A stretch of DNA of 64,000 nt from assembly GCA_964016885.1 (NCBI GenBank), contig OZ024741.1, positions 69,936,001 through 70,000,000 of the forward strand, in the 5' to 3' direction. The stretch comes from Eledone cirrhosa. Lineage: Eukaryota. Every line of letters begins with the position of its first letter. Positions within the stretch are counted from its first letter, which is position 1. A program made the translations under genes and the position numbers. The notes under the pieces were generated by a model, which saw only the letters and a list, made by a program, of their open reading frames with translations, was not told the DNA's origin and searched no databases. Shown here piece by piece: positions 63,419-64,000 of this stretch.

Positions 63419-63701
63419 CAGGGTGTCCCCCCAAAAATGTATACACACTTTGGTTACCTGTACAGGCATTATTTATTAGAATGTACAGACTTTCCCAAAA
63501 ATTAAATGTTCTACAGACATGTTTACATAATTTAAATAATTGTTTCTACTTTTGGCACAAGGCCAGCAATTATCCAGTACATTACTGGTTCTTTATTTTA
63601 TTTTATCGACCCCGTAAGGATGAAAGGCATATAAAACAGAATTTATTTAAATGCATTTTTTTTTCCTGTTGAAGTGTGTATACATTTTTGGGGACACCCT
63701 G
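63419..63701. mobile_element. Tc1/mariner-type MITE containing a SINE fragment
   Basis: TIRs CAGGGTGTCCCC..AAAAATGTATACACACTT and its reverse complement. Confidence 0.7.
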
Positions 63702-64000
63702 TTTATTCATTGATCTATCATAGTTGAGTTATTAATATTTTGCTCTATTGCTAATAAATCCTAAGTTAATTTACATAAGGCTCATTATTTCATAGTAGGA
63801 TTAAAATCTGAAATTTAATATTTCGTTTATTTAATCTAGCTTATTACGATTCGGACAAATAGAATTCCAGATGCCTTCAGGCTGATTGAGTTAATAAACA
63901 GTTTGGGAAGTAAATTAGATGGTGGAAAATTAGCCAGTTCGAGTTTGTCATTCGATTTCACGGTTTCCTTCCGGAGCTTGCACTTCATTTAATATACTAA

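Overview
Eukaryotic (animal) genomic DNA, AT-rich and full of (TA)n/(CA)n/(TATG)n microsatellites; most ORFs in the supplied track are microsatellite artefacts. The repeat landscape suggests a coleoid cephalopod (octopus-like), but this is inference only. The only recognisable host gene is one internal coding exon of a Wnt4-like gene (62301-62578, minus strand), and much of the window may be its downstream intron. The rest is transposon-derived: Penelope-like elements (PLE; RT plus C-terminal GIY-YIG), R4/Dong-type and CRE-type LINE fragments, RTE fragments and a recurrent ~610-bp RTE-derived non-autonomous element, many copies of a tRNA-derived SINE, Helitron relics, and a mariner relic carrying 19 near-perfect 60-bp tandem repeats. 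The most striking signal is a set of at least ten mutually unrelated short non-coding elements inserted in (TA)n tracts. They carry type I hammerhead ribozyme (HHR) folds and mostly share one architecture: two outward-facing 3' ends joined head-to-head as a palindrome, one arm ending at an internal TA-like site and the other carrying an extra tail that begins with an RCTC...GAGY stem. One palindrome shows a compensatory base-pair change in the ribozyme between its two arms, and one insertion joins arms from two different families, which points to two-template integration. All folds were read by eye and none has been tested.
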